A stretch of 63,060 bases of DNA. It comes from an uncultured archaeon. GTDB taxonomy: Archaea; Aenigmatarchaeota; Aenigmatarchaeia; PWEA01; JAGHBM01. The notes under the pieces were generated by a model. It was not told the DNA's origin. It did not search any database and saw only the letters and a program-made list of their open reading frames with translations. The DNA lies in NCBI GenBank assembly GCA_964584335.1, contig CAZOZN010000001.1, positions 52,722-115,781 of the forward strand, written 5' to 3'. This document shows positions 8,266 through 17,996 of the stretch, one piece after another. A program made the translations under genes and the position numbers. The first letter of the stretch is position 1; the number at the start of each line of letters is the position of its first letter.

Positions 8266-10968
8266 ATGGGCAGAACTTTGATCGGATCATTCAATTATGA
8301 AATTGGTAAATCATCAATATATTACTACCCAAATAAAAAATCGACCATTGAAATTCTGAAGTTGAAATCAGATATTAATCTCATCCAAGGATCAAAAGAA
8401 TATTTCATAAGAGATATTCATGACAAGGAAAATTTTGAAAAAAAATATGGACTCGAAGGAGAATACCATAGTAGACTTGCAAGTGTTGGAACATTTTCAG
8501 ATTATCTAAAAGAATCAGTTCCTTCCTTTGATCTTTCAGTTTTCTATATTAATTCCCTTTCGTCCGGAATTGTCACCATCGATAATTTTCTTTTAGAAAA
8601 ACAAATTAAGGAAAATGAGAAGAAACTAAAATTCAAAGAAAATAAGTTAAGAAAACTAGAGTTCGATCAAGATTCAGGGATACAAATTGGAAAAGAACTG
8701 ATCTCCTTAAAAAGTGAGATCGATGAGATTAGAAATACCTTAAAAATACTAATGGAAGAACTGGAACTAAATGAAAAACTAAAAAAAGAATACAAAAAGA
8801 AAAATGTTGGAGCTACTTTTCTAATCAGGGTTAGATCTTCAGTTCGAATTGGAACAAACAAAACCATTGGGGAGGATATTACTGCTATTCTGGATGATTT
8901 GGAATATAAAAATAAAATTATCAAGAGTCAAGCCTGGCAAGGTTTCAAAGTAATTATTGATGACGTCACTAAGCCACACTTGGCATTCACGAGTGAGAGT
9001 ATTGGACTTTTTGATCCAAGATCACTTGAAGAAATAAATGAACATTGGGATAACAAAGATGTAAAGAATTTGATAAATGATTTAGAGAAATTATTCGTAA
9101 ATCGTCCTGGATCTCACATTAACATCGGAAGAAAGAATATACAAAAAAGTAGTGCAGTTGCCCAAGGAATTGCATCCTTAATGAGAAGGGCGGTATCAAA
9201 ACCAGGATTTGAAAAGGAATTGCCTGAACCTGAATTTGGTAGACTCCCAACCATTCGAGATAAGAATAGAAGACTATCATTCATGGGGTTTATTCTTGAT
9301 GATGGAGTCAGAATAAGTGATTACCCATTTTTATATGATCTTGATCATCAGGGTCCTCAACATACGCTAATTGTTGGGGGGACAGGGGCTGGAAAATCCA
9401 TTTGCGCATGCAATATAGTTGAGGGGGCATTAATCAAAAATATACCTGTGTTTGTGTTGGATACGACAAAGCAATGGACTGGTTTCCTTAAGCCGCTTCA
9501 AGACGATCAGATGTTAAAACTTTATAAAAAATTTGAAATGAAGGATATTAAACCAACTGGTTTTAATGGCCGAATTTTTACACCAAATTCGGAGGTCGGA
9601 ATTAACCTTGCCACGAATTTACTTGCAAGACCTGAAACAAGTAAAAGGGACGAATTACAACATTGTGCATATGAAATTGCTGCTATAATCAAAGTATTAT
9701 GTAACTTGAATACTACTGAAGCAATGTATGTCAGAACAATTATATTAGAGGCTTGGGAAAGAAGAGAAGTATTAGATTATATCAATTTGAGAAAACTTTT
9801 AGAGGATTGGGGCAAGACTTATAGCAAAAATGTTTTTGAAACAAAATTAAAATTAGAAGAGCTAGAAGGATATTCCTTTCTTTTCAAAGGAGATCAACTT
9901 AATATCAGTAATTTATGGAAACCCGGTGAAATCTCTGTAATTAGTTTGGATCATCTTGCATACAATCAAAAAATATATACATCTTATTTTTTAATGAGAG
10001 AGCTACTTTCATATTTCTTTTCTCAACCTGATTCACATGAACTAAAACTTCTCCTAGTTGTTGAAGAGGCCCATAAATTCATACCAAAAAACACTCCTGG
10101 AATACCAAATGAACTCTACATTTTCTTGGATCGAGTAATACGAGAATTGAGAAGAAAAGGTGTTGGAACAATTTTTATTTCTCATGTCATGACAGATTTC
10201 AGGCAATCAATCAGAGCAAACACCGCTACTACAATACGTCTGAGAACAACCTATGATGGCGATATAATAAGAGCAAATAAGGATATAGGATCCCCGTTTG
10301 CTAATTTTATTCCAAAATTAAATACTGGTCAAGGTATCGTAAGTTTCCCTGATTTTGGTAATCCATTTATTGTTCATTTTAGACCACCACTCCATAATCC
10401 TTTTGGGCTTTCTGACAATGAAATTCAGAAAGAAATGAGGTTTTTTAAGGAAAAGAAAAATGTTCCTGAACTACTAGAAAATAAATTAGATGATATTAAA
10501 AAACTATCAGATAAAGATCTGAGAGCAATAAAGAATATCTCACCAAAGATTTATGACGTTATTAGATTTTTAAGAGCAACTAGAGGGCTAAGTTATACAA
10601 AAGATATGTCCTCCATGGAGTTCAATGAGATAAAAGAAAAAATAAATAATCTACCTGAGAAAAAATTCCACATTCTGAAAGAAGTACTTCCAGAGTTTTA
10701 TGATATAATAAATAAGCTAAAAGAAATTTTTGAAATCGAAGAAGATTTGAAGCCACCAGAAGAAGAAATATTTGTTCAAAAGATTAGAAAATTCTCAGAA
10801 GAAAAAGGGATTCCACCTAAACAATCAGATATAATTAAAGATCTTGGTTGGGGTTGGAAAAAAACAAGTGAAATTGTATCTAAACTTGAAGAGCAAGGTC
10901 GATTAAAATTAAAACCAGATTTGGATGATAAACGAATAAAAAGACTTATAATATTAGATACAAAGTAA
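8266..10968 (+). CDS. HerA/FtsK-VirB4 superfamily ATPase with N-terminal coiled coil and C-terminal wHTH
   Basis: Walker A GGTGAGKS, Walker B LLVVEEAH, RELRRKG arginine-finger region, C-terminal QSDIIKDLGWGWKKTSEIVSKLEEQG HTH. Confidence 0.85.
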   Translation: MGRTLIGSFNYEIGKSSIYYYPNKKSTIEILKLKSDINLIQGSKEYFIRDIHDKENFEKKYGLEGEYHSRLASVGTFSDYLKESVPSFDLSVFYINSLSSGIVTIDNFLLEKQIKENEKKLKFKENKLRKLEFDQDSGIQIGKELISLKSEIDEIRNTLKILMEELELNEKLKKEYKKKNVGATFLIRVRSSVRIGTNKTIGEDITAILDDLEYKNKIIKSQAWQGFKVIIDDVTKPHLAFTSESIGLFDPRSLEEINEHWDNKDVKNLINDLEKLFVNRPGSHINIGRKNIQKSSAVAQGIASLMRRAVSKPGFEKELPEPEFGRLPTIRDKNRRLSFMGFILDDGVRISDYPFLYDLDHQGPQHTLIVGGTGAGKSICACNIVEGALIKNIPVFVLDTTKQWTGFLKPLQDDQMLKLYKKFEMKDIKPTGFNGRIFTPNSEVGINLATNLLARPETSKRDELQHCAYEIAAIIKVLCNLNTTEAMYVRTIILEAWERREVLDYINLRKLLEDWGKTYSKNVFETKLKLEELEGYSFLFKGDQLNISNLWKPGEISVISLDHLAYNQKIYTSYFLMRELLSYFFSQPDSHELKLLLVVEEAHKFIPKNTPGIPNELYIFLDRVIRELRRKGVGTIFISHVMTDFRQSIRANTATTIRLRTTYDGDIIRANKDIGSPFANFIPKLNTGQGIVSFPDFGNPFIVHFRPPLHNPFGLSDNEIQKEMRFFKEKKNVPELLENKLDDIKKLSDKDLRAIKNISPKIYDVIRFLRATRGLSYTKDMSSMEFNEIKEKINNLPEKKFHILKEVLPEFYDIINKLKEIFEIEEDLKPPEEEIFVQKIRKFSEEKGIPPKQSDIIKDLGWGWKKTSEIVSKLEEQGRLKLKPDLDDKRIKRLIILDTK

Positions 10969-11078
10969 TTTTTTTAAAAAAAATTGTAATAATCAAATAA
11001 AATTTAAATTAATTTACAATATAATTCATTAATTTTATTAATTCTACTAACCTATTTAATTAGTTGTATCAATTTTTT

Positions 11079-12203
11079 CTAATGATTTTTATTATTTATC
11101 CAAACCTGAATGTCATCTACAATATTTGGAATATAACTATGAGATTGATGATCAACGGGGATAATTAATTTATGATTAGTTAATTGTTCAATATAATTAT
11201 TATATAATTTTTCACTACATTTGATATATTCCTTCTTAAAAAATATTCCATAATCAAAAATACCGAAAAATAGTTTTTTTATTAAATCATTATCTAAAAA
11301 TTTATTGTCTAATACAGAGCACATTTCGATTCGAATATTATTCATGTAATCAAGAATCTCTTTAACATCTATACCATCATTCCACATAAGTTCAAATTTA
11401 TTAATATATCTTTTTGTAATTCCTAAATTCTTTGTTAGTGTACCTTTGATTTCAAATTGATTTTTTTCATAGCTTGGTTCAAAAATTAATAATTTATCTT
11501 TATCAATAATATAATATTTTTCATCTAATCTATTTTTATCTAAAATTCTTAATTTAACTCCGACCTCTTCAGTATCTCTCTTGTTTATTTTATAACCAAA
11601 ACTCACCAACGTTTTCAAGTCAGAAATTCGTTTATAAATAACGCCTTTTTCAATTTTATTTCGAATACTTCCCCATATTAATGCAATATTTGGTAGCCAG
11701 CTTTGGATAGTTATTCCTCTTATTATTTCATTTGAATCATTTATTATATCTGATAGTAAGATACCAAGCTTGTCTCCATCGGTTATTGAAATTATTTCAT
11801 GATCTAATTCCTGATTTTTATAAAGTATTGATGCCTCTTTAATTAAAAAATCACAACATTTCTTAAAACTCAATATCCTACATCTTTCATTTTTATTTAA
11901 CCTATATGACTGTGAAATATTAGGTATATAATCCCAAAGAAATTTTGAAAAATGAGCAGAAAAAGCAATTTTTGGATTAATAGGATGAATGGATTCAATA
12001 TTATTTTCAGCCAAAGTTATTAAAATAAAACCCTTTTTTTGTAGCCATATTAAACTGTCTCTTAAACATTTTTTGTCATCAGATTTATTATTCAATACTG
12101 AAAATTGCACATCTCCTTCTTTTAGGATATATACATAAATATTGAAATAATGCATATCAAAATTAATTTCCCTTAAACAATTTTTTAATTTTTTTTCATT
12201 CAT
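11079..12203 (-). CDS. TrmB-like regulator (wHTH, PLD-like effector-binding domain, C-terminal wHTH)
   Basis: N-terminal wHTH ending LQKKGFI...PINPK; central KYYIIDKDKLLI and FELMWND segments resemble the TrmB sensor fold. Confidence 0.6.
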   Translation of the reverse strand: MNEKKLKNCLREINFDMHYFNIYVYILKEGDVQFSVLNNKSDDKKCLRDSLIWLQKKGFILITLAENNIESIHPINPKIAFSAHFSKFLWDYIPNISQSYRLNKNERCRILSFKKCCDFLIKEASILYKNQELDHEIISITDGDKLGILLSDIINDSNEIIRGITIQSWLPNIALIWGSIRNKIEKGVIYKRISDLKTLVSFGYKINKRDTEEVGVKLRILDKNRLDEKYYIIDKDKLLIFEPSYEKNQFEIKGTLTKNLGITKRYINKFELMWNDGIDVKEILDYMNNIRIEMCSVLDNKFLDNDLIKKLFFGIFDYGIFFKKEYIKCSEKLYNNYIEQLTNHKLIIPVDHQSHSYIPNIVDDIQVWINNKNH

Positions 12204-13212
12204 TGGAATTCAGCCTCAACATTTCAATAAATATTATAATTATCACTGATAATGCAAACAATGCACCCAATATAAAAGGAATAAATAAAAATTTTGTGAA
12301 AAGGAATAGAATTGATGTTATTAAAACTCCTAGAAAATGTCCAATATTCTCATGAAATTCTAGATCAAATTTCTCATGTTCCTTATATCTTCCAATCATT
12401 TTTTTAATAGTAAAAACTGTTCCTCCGCCAAATCCAGTAATAAACCAAAATATAATCAAAATTGATATTGATCTATATAGATACATACATACTAAGGAGA
12501 ATATTACTATAATATGACCTAAGATCAATAGTTTGTAATAATTTATGTTTTTATCCAATATTTTTGGTGAAGATAAATAAGAAATCCATCCTATTGAAAA
12601 TGCTAATGAAATCATATAAACTGGCAAATTATAAAAGAAGTAAAAGATAATTATCAACATATAACAATATGAAAAATAATGCATTTGATGAAATATCATA
12701 GATATTGCTAAATTATTAGTTTTTGTTTTTATTATTTTAAATACATGGTAATTTTTTTGCCCGTAATTTTTATTAATTACTATACATGCAAGTATGATAA
12801 AAATAATTGCTATAAATATTGTAATTATATTAATACTGAAAGAAATTAAAAAACCTGATACCCTAAAGATCCTTTTTTTAAATGTCGAGATTGAAATTTT
12901 TTTCTGTAAGAATTTTCTAGAAAATTGTAATGGTGATGCAATCATAAAAATACTAATTAAAATAAGAAAAACATTGTTTCTAAAAAATATAAATATAATT
13001 ATAGATGAAAATGCAAGAAAAAGATATGTTCTTTGTGAAAGATTAATTGGTTTATTAAAAACAATTCCTAATTGATAAAAAACTCCAATAAAAGGCAACC
13101 AATATAATTCAAATCCTACATTAAAAAAATATATAAAAAAACCAACTTCAAGAAATCCTGATATTAAACTTAAGATATAATATAACAATTTGTATGTTAA
13201 ATCATCCCTCAT
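12196..13212 (-). CDS. MFS-like polytopic membrane protein
   Basis: About 10-12 hydrophobic helices; FHQMHYFSY, GFGGGTVF and ENIGHFLG motifs. Confidence 0.7.
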   Translation of the reverse strand: MRDDLTYKLLYYILSLISGFLEVGFFIYFFNVGFELYWLPFIGVFYQLGIVFNKPINLSQRTYLFLAFSSIIIFIFFRNNVFLILISIFMIASPLQFSRKFLQKKISISTFKKRIFRVSGFLISFSINIITIFIAIIFIILACIVINKNYGQKNYHVFKIIKTKTNNLAISMIFHQMHYFSYCYMLIIIFYFFYNLPVYMISLAFSIGWISYLSSPKILDKNINYYKLLILGHIIVIFSLVCMYLYRSISILIIFWFITGFGGGTVFTIKKMIGRYKEHEKFDLEFHENIGHFLGVLITSILFLFTKFLFIPFILGALFALSVIIIIFIEMLRLNSNE

Positions 13213-13230
13213 AATAGAACCCTTGATACA

Positions 13231-14556
13231 TTAATTAGTATATAAAGGACAAGCAGGATCCATTTTTGAAAGCCCTATTATTATGTGACTCTCAGAAATT
13301 TTTGTATTTTCATTAGAAAATTTCGAAATATAGTTAGCAAGAGCGTTAAATCTCATTCCACCTGAACAAGGTAACTTACATTGTCCGCATCTATAACTTT
13401 TTTTTGTAATATTATTTGCAATTGAGATTATACTATCCTCTGAATTTATAATTTCGTTTAAAGACTTTGAATTAATCAATAAATTTCCCGCACTAAATTT
13501 ATTATATGGTGGTACAACGCACCAAGGATCCATAAATACATTACCATACGGATCTATACCTATGGAGTGTCTTTTTGATGACATTATGTTCTTAGATAAA
13601 TGTATGTCAAAACCTAATAAGATAGCCGAGAAAATTGATTCTAATGAATGATGAATATGTAAATTCTCCATTTTAATTGCTGAATCGTTAATTAATTTTG
13701 ATATAGTGATCATCATCTGAAAATAATCAGCAGGACTAGGAATTTTATTTATTTGTTTGCTCATTCGTCCAATCGGCATTGGTCTATGAATGCTATAGTT
13801 GGTAACTCCAGTTTCTGAAATGAATTTTATAAAATCATGTAAATCGTTTATATTATCCTTTGTAACCATCGATGAAATTTCAAGTTTAGATTTTAATGAT
13901 TTATTTTCTATGATTTCCTTTATCAATTCTAATGTTTTATCAAATGGATTTGTATTAATAGAATCTTCACTAGATCTTCTCCATTCATTATGATATCTTT
14001 TAAATCCATCAAGACTAATTTCTATTGTATCAACATAATCATGAATTTCAATTAAATCGTTTAATTTACATATTGTACCATTTGTATTTATTCCTAAATT
14101 TTCGGGACCTAACTTATGGGAAGCATATTTCATTATATCTTTAAAATCAGGTCGTATAAATGGTTCCCCCCCTCCAATCATAAGAAAATATCGTTTTAAA
14201 CCATTTTCATGAAAATATTCATGAATTTTATCTATCAAACTTATAATATCATCAAATTTTTTCTCAAAGTTTAACTTCTTTGTACTTGGCGATAAAAATT
14301 CAGCATTTACACCACAATGTAAACAACTTAAATTACATTTGTATGTAATATCATATACAATTCCAAATGTATCTTTATTTTTCATCTGATTATTTCTATT
14401 TGTAAGATAATTTTTAGCCAGTTCTAGAGAATTTTCATTTATTTTATAATATTTTTTAATATAATCCATTAATTTTTTAAGATAGATATCATCTTTATCA
14501 TCATAATTTTCTCTTAACCATTTTCCGTTGAATTTATTAATAAATATACCTCCCAA
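13231..14556 (-). CDS. Radical SAM enzyme with a SPASM/twitch-like C-terminal Cys cluster
   Basis: CNLSCLHC, GGGEPF, NTNG, ISLDG; C-terminal CGQCKLPCSGG and DPACP. Confidence 0.9.
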   Translation of the reverse strand: MGGIFINKFNGKWLRENYDDKDDIYLKKLMDYIKKYYKINENSLELAKNYLTNRNNQMKNKDTFGIVYDITYKCNLSCLHCGVNAEFLSPSTKKLNFEKKFDDIISLIDKIHEYFHENGLKRYFLMIGGGEPFIRPDFKDIMKYASHKLGPENLGINTNGTICKLNDLIEIHDYVDTIEISLDGFKRYHNEWRRSSEDSINTNPFDKTLELIKEIIENKSLKSKLEISSMVTKDNINDLHDFIKFISETGVTNYSIHRPMPIGRMSKQINKIPSPADYFQMMITISKLINDSAIKMENLHIHHSLESIFSAILLGFDIHLSKNIMSSKRHSIGIDPYGNVFMDPWCVVPPYNKFSAGNLLINSKSLNEIINSEDSIISIANNITKKSYRCGQCKLPCSGGMRFNALANYISKFSNENTKISESHIIIGLSKMDPACPLYTN

Positions 14557-14560
14557 TGAA

Positions 14561-15364
14561 TCAATGTCTATAGAATCCAGTTATTGGAATGTTCATCTTA
14601 AAACAGGTTTCCCTTATATTTCTTTCTAACTTATTCCAATAATCAACATCTTTAGTCGTTTGTATTACCTTTTCGAATAAATTTGTATCTATCTCATCTA
14701 GGACTATTTTTAAATCCTTTTTATTTCCACATTTTGTATTTAATGACTCAAACCAAACTGAATCGACAATATATTGAATTTTATTTAAAATATTATCAAC
14801 ATCAGTGATATATGGAATTATAGGTCCAATAAATGCATATGTATTTATTTTATTATTTTTCAATTCAGTTAAACTTTCTATTCTTTCTATACTGCTACTG
14901 GAATTTGGTTCGATTAGCTTTCGAATATTCGCATCTAAAGTTGAAATAGAAACTCCAATAGAACAATTTTTAAATTGTTTAAAAAGATCTATGTCTCTAC
15001 AAATTAATTTTGATTTTGTTAATATTGAAATTGAAATTTGATATTTAAGTAGTATTTTGAGAATATCTCTTGTTATTTCATATTTCTTCTCTATTGGTTG
15101 ATAAGCGTCGGTTACACTTCCAATTAAAACTACACCCTTTATCTTTTTTTTCTTTAATTGTTTTTCAAGTATATCTGGTGCATTTATTTTTACGTCAAGA
15201 AATTTACCCCATTTATCATTACTATGTCCTGTGAATCTTCTCATAAATCTTGCATAACAATAAACACAGGAATTTAAACAACCAATATATGGATTTATAC
15301 AATAATCAGATTCTGGTAAATTACTTTTATTGATAATGCTCTTTACATCAATTTCCCTAATCAA
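14561..15364 (-). CDS. Radical SAM protein, SplB/photolyase-like family
   Basis: NPYIGCLNSCVYCYA, GSVTDAYQPIE, ILTKS motifs. Confidence 0.9.
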   Translation of the reverse strand: MIREIDVKSIINKSNLPESDYCINPYIGCLNSCVYCYARFMRRFTGHSNDKWGKFLDVKINAPDILEKQLKKKKIKGVVLIGSVTDAYQPIEKKYEITRDILKILLKYQISISILTKSKLICRDIDLFKQFKNCSIGVSISTLDANIRKLIEPNSSSSIERIESLTELKNNKINTYAFIGPIIPYITDVDNILNKIQYIVDSVWFESLNTKCGNKKDLKIVLDEIDTNLFEKVIQTTKDVDYWNKLERNIRETCFKMNIPITGFYRH

Positions 15365-15810
15365 TTATATTCACCCAATTAATGAAATAGATATTTCCCA
15401 TTTAATTATATTAACTGATTATAACGTTTAAATTTTATCGAGGGGAAATTCTTCTTATCCTATTTAAAGATTGAACTGAAATTTTTTTCTCCCTGAACAA
15501 TCTGTTTCTGAAATATTGATGATTATATTAATTTTTTGAAAAACATTGACTCAAATATATCCTAATTCTATAAAATTTCTAGGAAATTAATTAAGATTTA
15601 ATGTAATATAATCTCTCTCAATTCTCTGATTCATAAAAGAGGGATTCTCCAGGCTTTAATTTTGATTTAAAGCAATAAGAAAAACCTTCTTGGAAACGAT
15701 GAATAAAATTATTTTTTTCTTGTTATTCGAAAGAAAAGAGAGGGGAAAGTTTTGGGGAAATCCGAGCCTTATTTTTGCAGGAACTACAGGAGGAAATAGC
15801 ACATTCAAGG

Positions 15811-15870
15811 AGGCTTACGGCCTACACCCAGCATCTTATGGCGTGGACGTCGACTTCTGGCGTCGTCGCC
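15811..15870. other. GC-rich double hairpin directly downstream of the second recombinase
   Basis: AGGC-TTACG-GCCT (15811-15823) and GGCG-TG-GACGTC-GACTTCT-GGCGTC-GT-CGCC (15840-15870) in an AT-rich context. Confidence 0.45.
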
Positions 15871-15875
15871 TCACT

Positions 15876-16871
15876 TTAATAATGATAACTGGTGTTATCT
15901 AATTGTGGTGTTTTTTCAGCTTCCATGAGTTTCATGGCATTGTTGAACGCACTATCAGATATTTCTCCGTTCAACAGTTTACGAAGCAGTGTCTCTTTCA
16001 TGTTGGTCTCAGGTTTTGGAATCACTGTTTGTTCAGGTGCAAAGGATGGCATGGTTCGCATATATACCTCTTTTGAGTGTTTGTCTGCAAGTTGAATATA
16101 CCCTTGCAGTGTATCCAGGTCATGGTGTCTGCTTTGTTTCTGGATTTCGGGCATTGTCGCTCCTTTTTCAGCCATATGGGTTATGCTTGATATTCTGAAC
16201 AGATGCGGATAGACTCGTTTTGTAATACCTGCTTTTGCGGCATTTCTTTTTACTGTACTCTGAATTGCTGTTCTTCCGATTCGTGTGCGATAGCGGCTGA
16301 TGAATAGGGCTTGTTCATGTCCTTCTTTTGGTTTCTTTCTGAATGCAAGATATCGCTTGACTGCTTCAAGTGCACAGGGATGGATGTTTATGATATCATA
16401 TTTATTTCCTTTTCCTTTGTTCACCCTGATTTTTTCTCGATCCCAGTCGATATCTTCCAAGTTGAGGTTTCGCACTTCTTCTCTTCTGAGTTGCCCATAG
16501 TAGAGAATATGCAATATCGCATAGTCTTCCAGAGTATCATTTGATACATCAAACATCTTTTTTACTTCATTAATGGTCAGGGGATCTTTGTTTTTGACTT
16601 CCTTTGCTGGTGCAGAAAGTCTATATTGTTTCCCCATATATTCCATGAAGTTGTTGATGGCTGCTATCTTGGGAGTCAGTGTATTGTGGCTGTACTTTTC
16701 TTTGAGATAGATCTTGTAGTCATCAAGGTCATCCTGTGTTATTTCGTCAATATTTTTGCTTATGTTGTTTATCAATTGTTTGGCGCTTCTCAGGTAGCTT
16801 TCAATTGTGCTTTTGGAGGAGTCCCTGCAAAATAGATATTTTCTAAATCCTTCCAGGTCCTTGCCAGTCAT
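15876..16871 (-). CDS. XerC/D-like tyrosine recombinase (second recombinase of the island)
   Basis: SAM-like N-domain (STIESY); catalytic LRREE, KGKGNK, HLFR and RHHDLDTLQGY. ATG 16871 overlaps the upstream TGA (ATGA). Confidence 0.93.
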   Translation of the reverse strand: MTGKDLEGFRKYLFCRDSSKSTIESYLRSAKQLINNISKNIDEITQDDLDDYKIYLKEKYSHNTLTPKIAAINNFMEYMGKQYRLSAPAKEVKNKDPLTINEVKKMFDVSNDTLEDYAILHILYYGQLRREEVRNLNLEDIDWDREKIRVNKGKGNKYDIINIHPCALEAVKRYLAFRKKPKEGHEQALFISRYRTRIGRTAIQSTVKRNAAKAGITKRVYPHLFRISSITHMAEKGATMPEIQKQSRHHDLDTLQGYIQLADKHSKEVYMRTMPSFAPEQTVIPKPETNMKETLLRKLLNGEISDSAFNNAMKLMEAEKTPQLDNTSYHY

Positions 16872-17227
16872 TGGCAACACCTGTTCGGAAGTTGTTTTTG
16901 GTTCGGCTCGGATTTCCCCTGTTTTCCCGTGTTCTTGTTTTCTTTGTTGTCATCGGTGTGTACCTCCAATTCTTGATGTTTCTTCGGGTATATTATCTTT
17001 TTTGAGATAATTCTCTGTATATGGTCACTTGAGAGGCGTTCTCTTTTTCTCAATCCATGTCTTTCAAGATTTTTGTTGAGTTTGATGAGTTCCTTTTCGC
17101 TTTCTTGTATCACTTCACATGCATGGTTTTGAAGATAATCAATTAAGGAAAAAATATAGTCCTGTGAGATTTGTCTATCTGTTTTTGTTTTGACTAATTT
17201 CCGTATTTTATTTGGACTGAAAAACAT
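16868..17227 (-). CDS. Divergent histone-fold protein with extended helix 2 and a charged tail
   Basis: By eye, FSPNKIRKLVK-TKTDRQIS-QDYIFSLIDYLQNHACEVIQES...-RKRERLS-SDHIQRII aligns with alpha1-L1-alpha2-L2-alpha3 of the histone at 17627. GGGAGGGG RBS. Confidence 0.6.
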   Translation of the reverse strand: MFFSPNKIRKLVKTKTDRQISQDYIFSLIDYLQNHACEVIQESEKELIKLNKNLERHGLRKRERLSSDHIQRIISKKIIYPKKHQELEVHTDDNKENKNTGKQGKSEPNQKQLPNRCCQ

Positions 17228-17351
17228 TTCATCCCCTCCCTTATAGTAATACTATGGTAATATTCTAGTAACGTATACTTAAATATTTAACTGAAGTATT
17301 TCCATTATTTTACCTTTATATTTCCATTTGAAACATACTATGTAGATTCTT
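17228..17351. promoter_or_regulatory. Divergent promoter region with a candidate operator palindrome
   Basis: 124-bp gap between divergent operons; perfect ATAGTA-A-TACTAT palindrome at 17243-17255; AT-rich TATA-like tracts (TTAAATATTTAA). Confidence 0.5.
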
Positions 17352-17627
17352 ATGAATTTTCAGGAAAAATATTTTGAAGCAACTAAAACAGAAGCACGAC
17401 GTAATATCATTTTAGATTTGAATCGGCCGAAAACTATTCAAGAAATTGCTAAAGATTTGAACTATAGTAAAAAACCTGCTGTTTCCAAATTATTTATGGA
17501 TCTTACGAGGATTGGGGTAACAGTATGTTTGACTCCAGAGAGAAAAAGAGATAGACACTATTTTTTAACTAAAGATGGGATACGAATCAGGAAAATACTT
17601 TTAGGAGAAGAGAAATTCCCAATTTGA
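17352..17627 (+). CDS. Winged-HTH transcriptional regulator (ArsR/MarR-like)
   Basis: PKTIQEIAKDLNYSKKPAVSKLFMDL HTH and YFLTKDG wing. Confidence 0.8.
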   Translation: MNFQEKYFEATKTEARRNIILDLNRPKTIQEIAKDLNYSKKPAVSKLFMDLTRIGVTVCLTPERKRDRHYFLTKDGIRIRKILLGEEKFPI

Positions 17628-17836
17628 TGAGTAAGTTACCTTTAGCCGTCATGGAAAGACTATTGAGAGATGGAGGCGCTGAAAGAGTTTCTGAGGATGC
17701 AAAAGAAGCATTAGCAGGGGTTCTTGAGGAATATGCATTGGAAATTGCTAAGGATTCTGTTTTATTTAGTGAACATGCTGGGAGAAAAACAGTTAGAAAA
17801 GAAGATGTGAAACTGGCTTCAAAAAGAATGAAATAA
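17627..17836 (+). CDS. Archaeal histone (HMf-type)
   Basis: LPLAVMERLLR, AERVSEDA, HAGRKTVRKEDV; TGATG overlap with the wHTH gene. Confidence 0.96.
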   Translation: MSKLPLAVMERLLRDGGAERVSEDAKEALAGVLEEYALEIAKDSVLFSEHAGRKTVRKEDVKLASKRMK

Positions 17837-17996
17837 AAAAATGGTTGAACTTATTTCTTTTTCCCAAAAAAATAAATCTATGTACGAGAGGCATTTTTTC
17901 ACCCTGAGAAGAAAAGTGAAAAATAATACTAACTAAAATACATTCATTTAACTGACATAAACATTTAAATACTTACTCCCCCTACACATTTAAGGG

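Noticed and set aside
15690-15902. 70-aa ORF as a RiPP precursor for the rSAM cluster
   Set aside because: Opposite strand to the cluster, no clear RBS, and it overlaps the recombinase end and the hairpins; unsupported.
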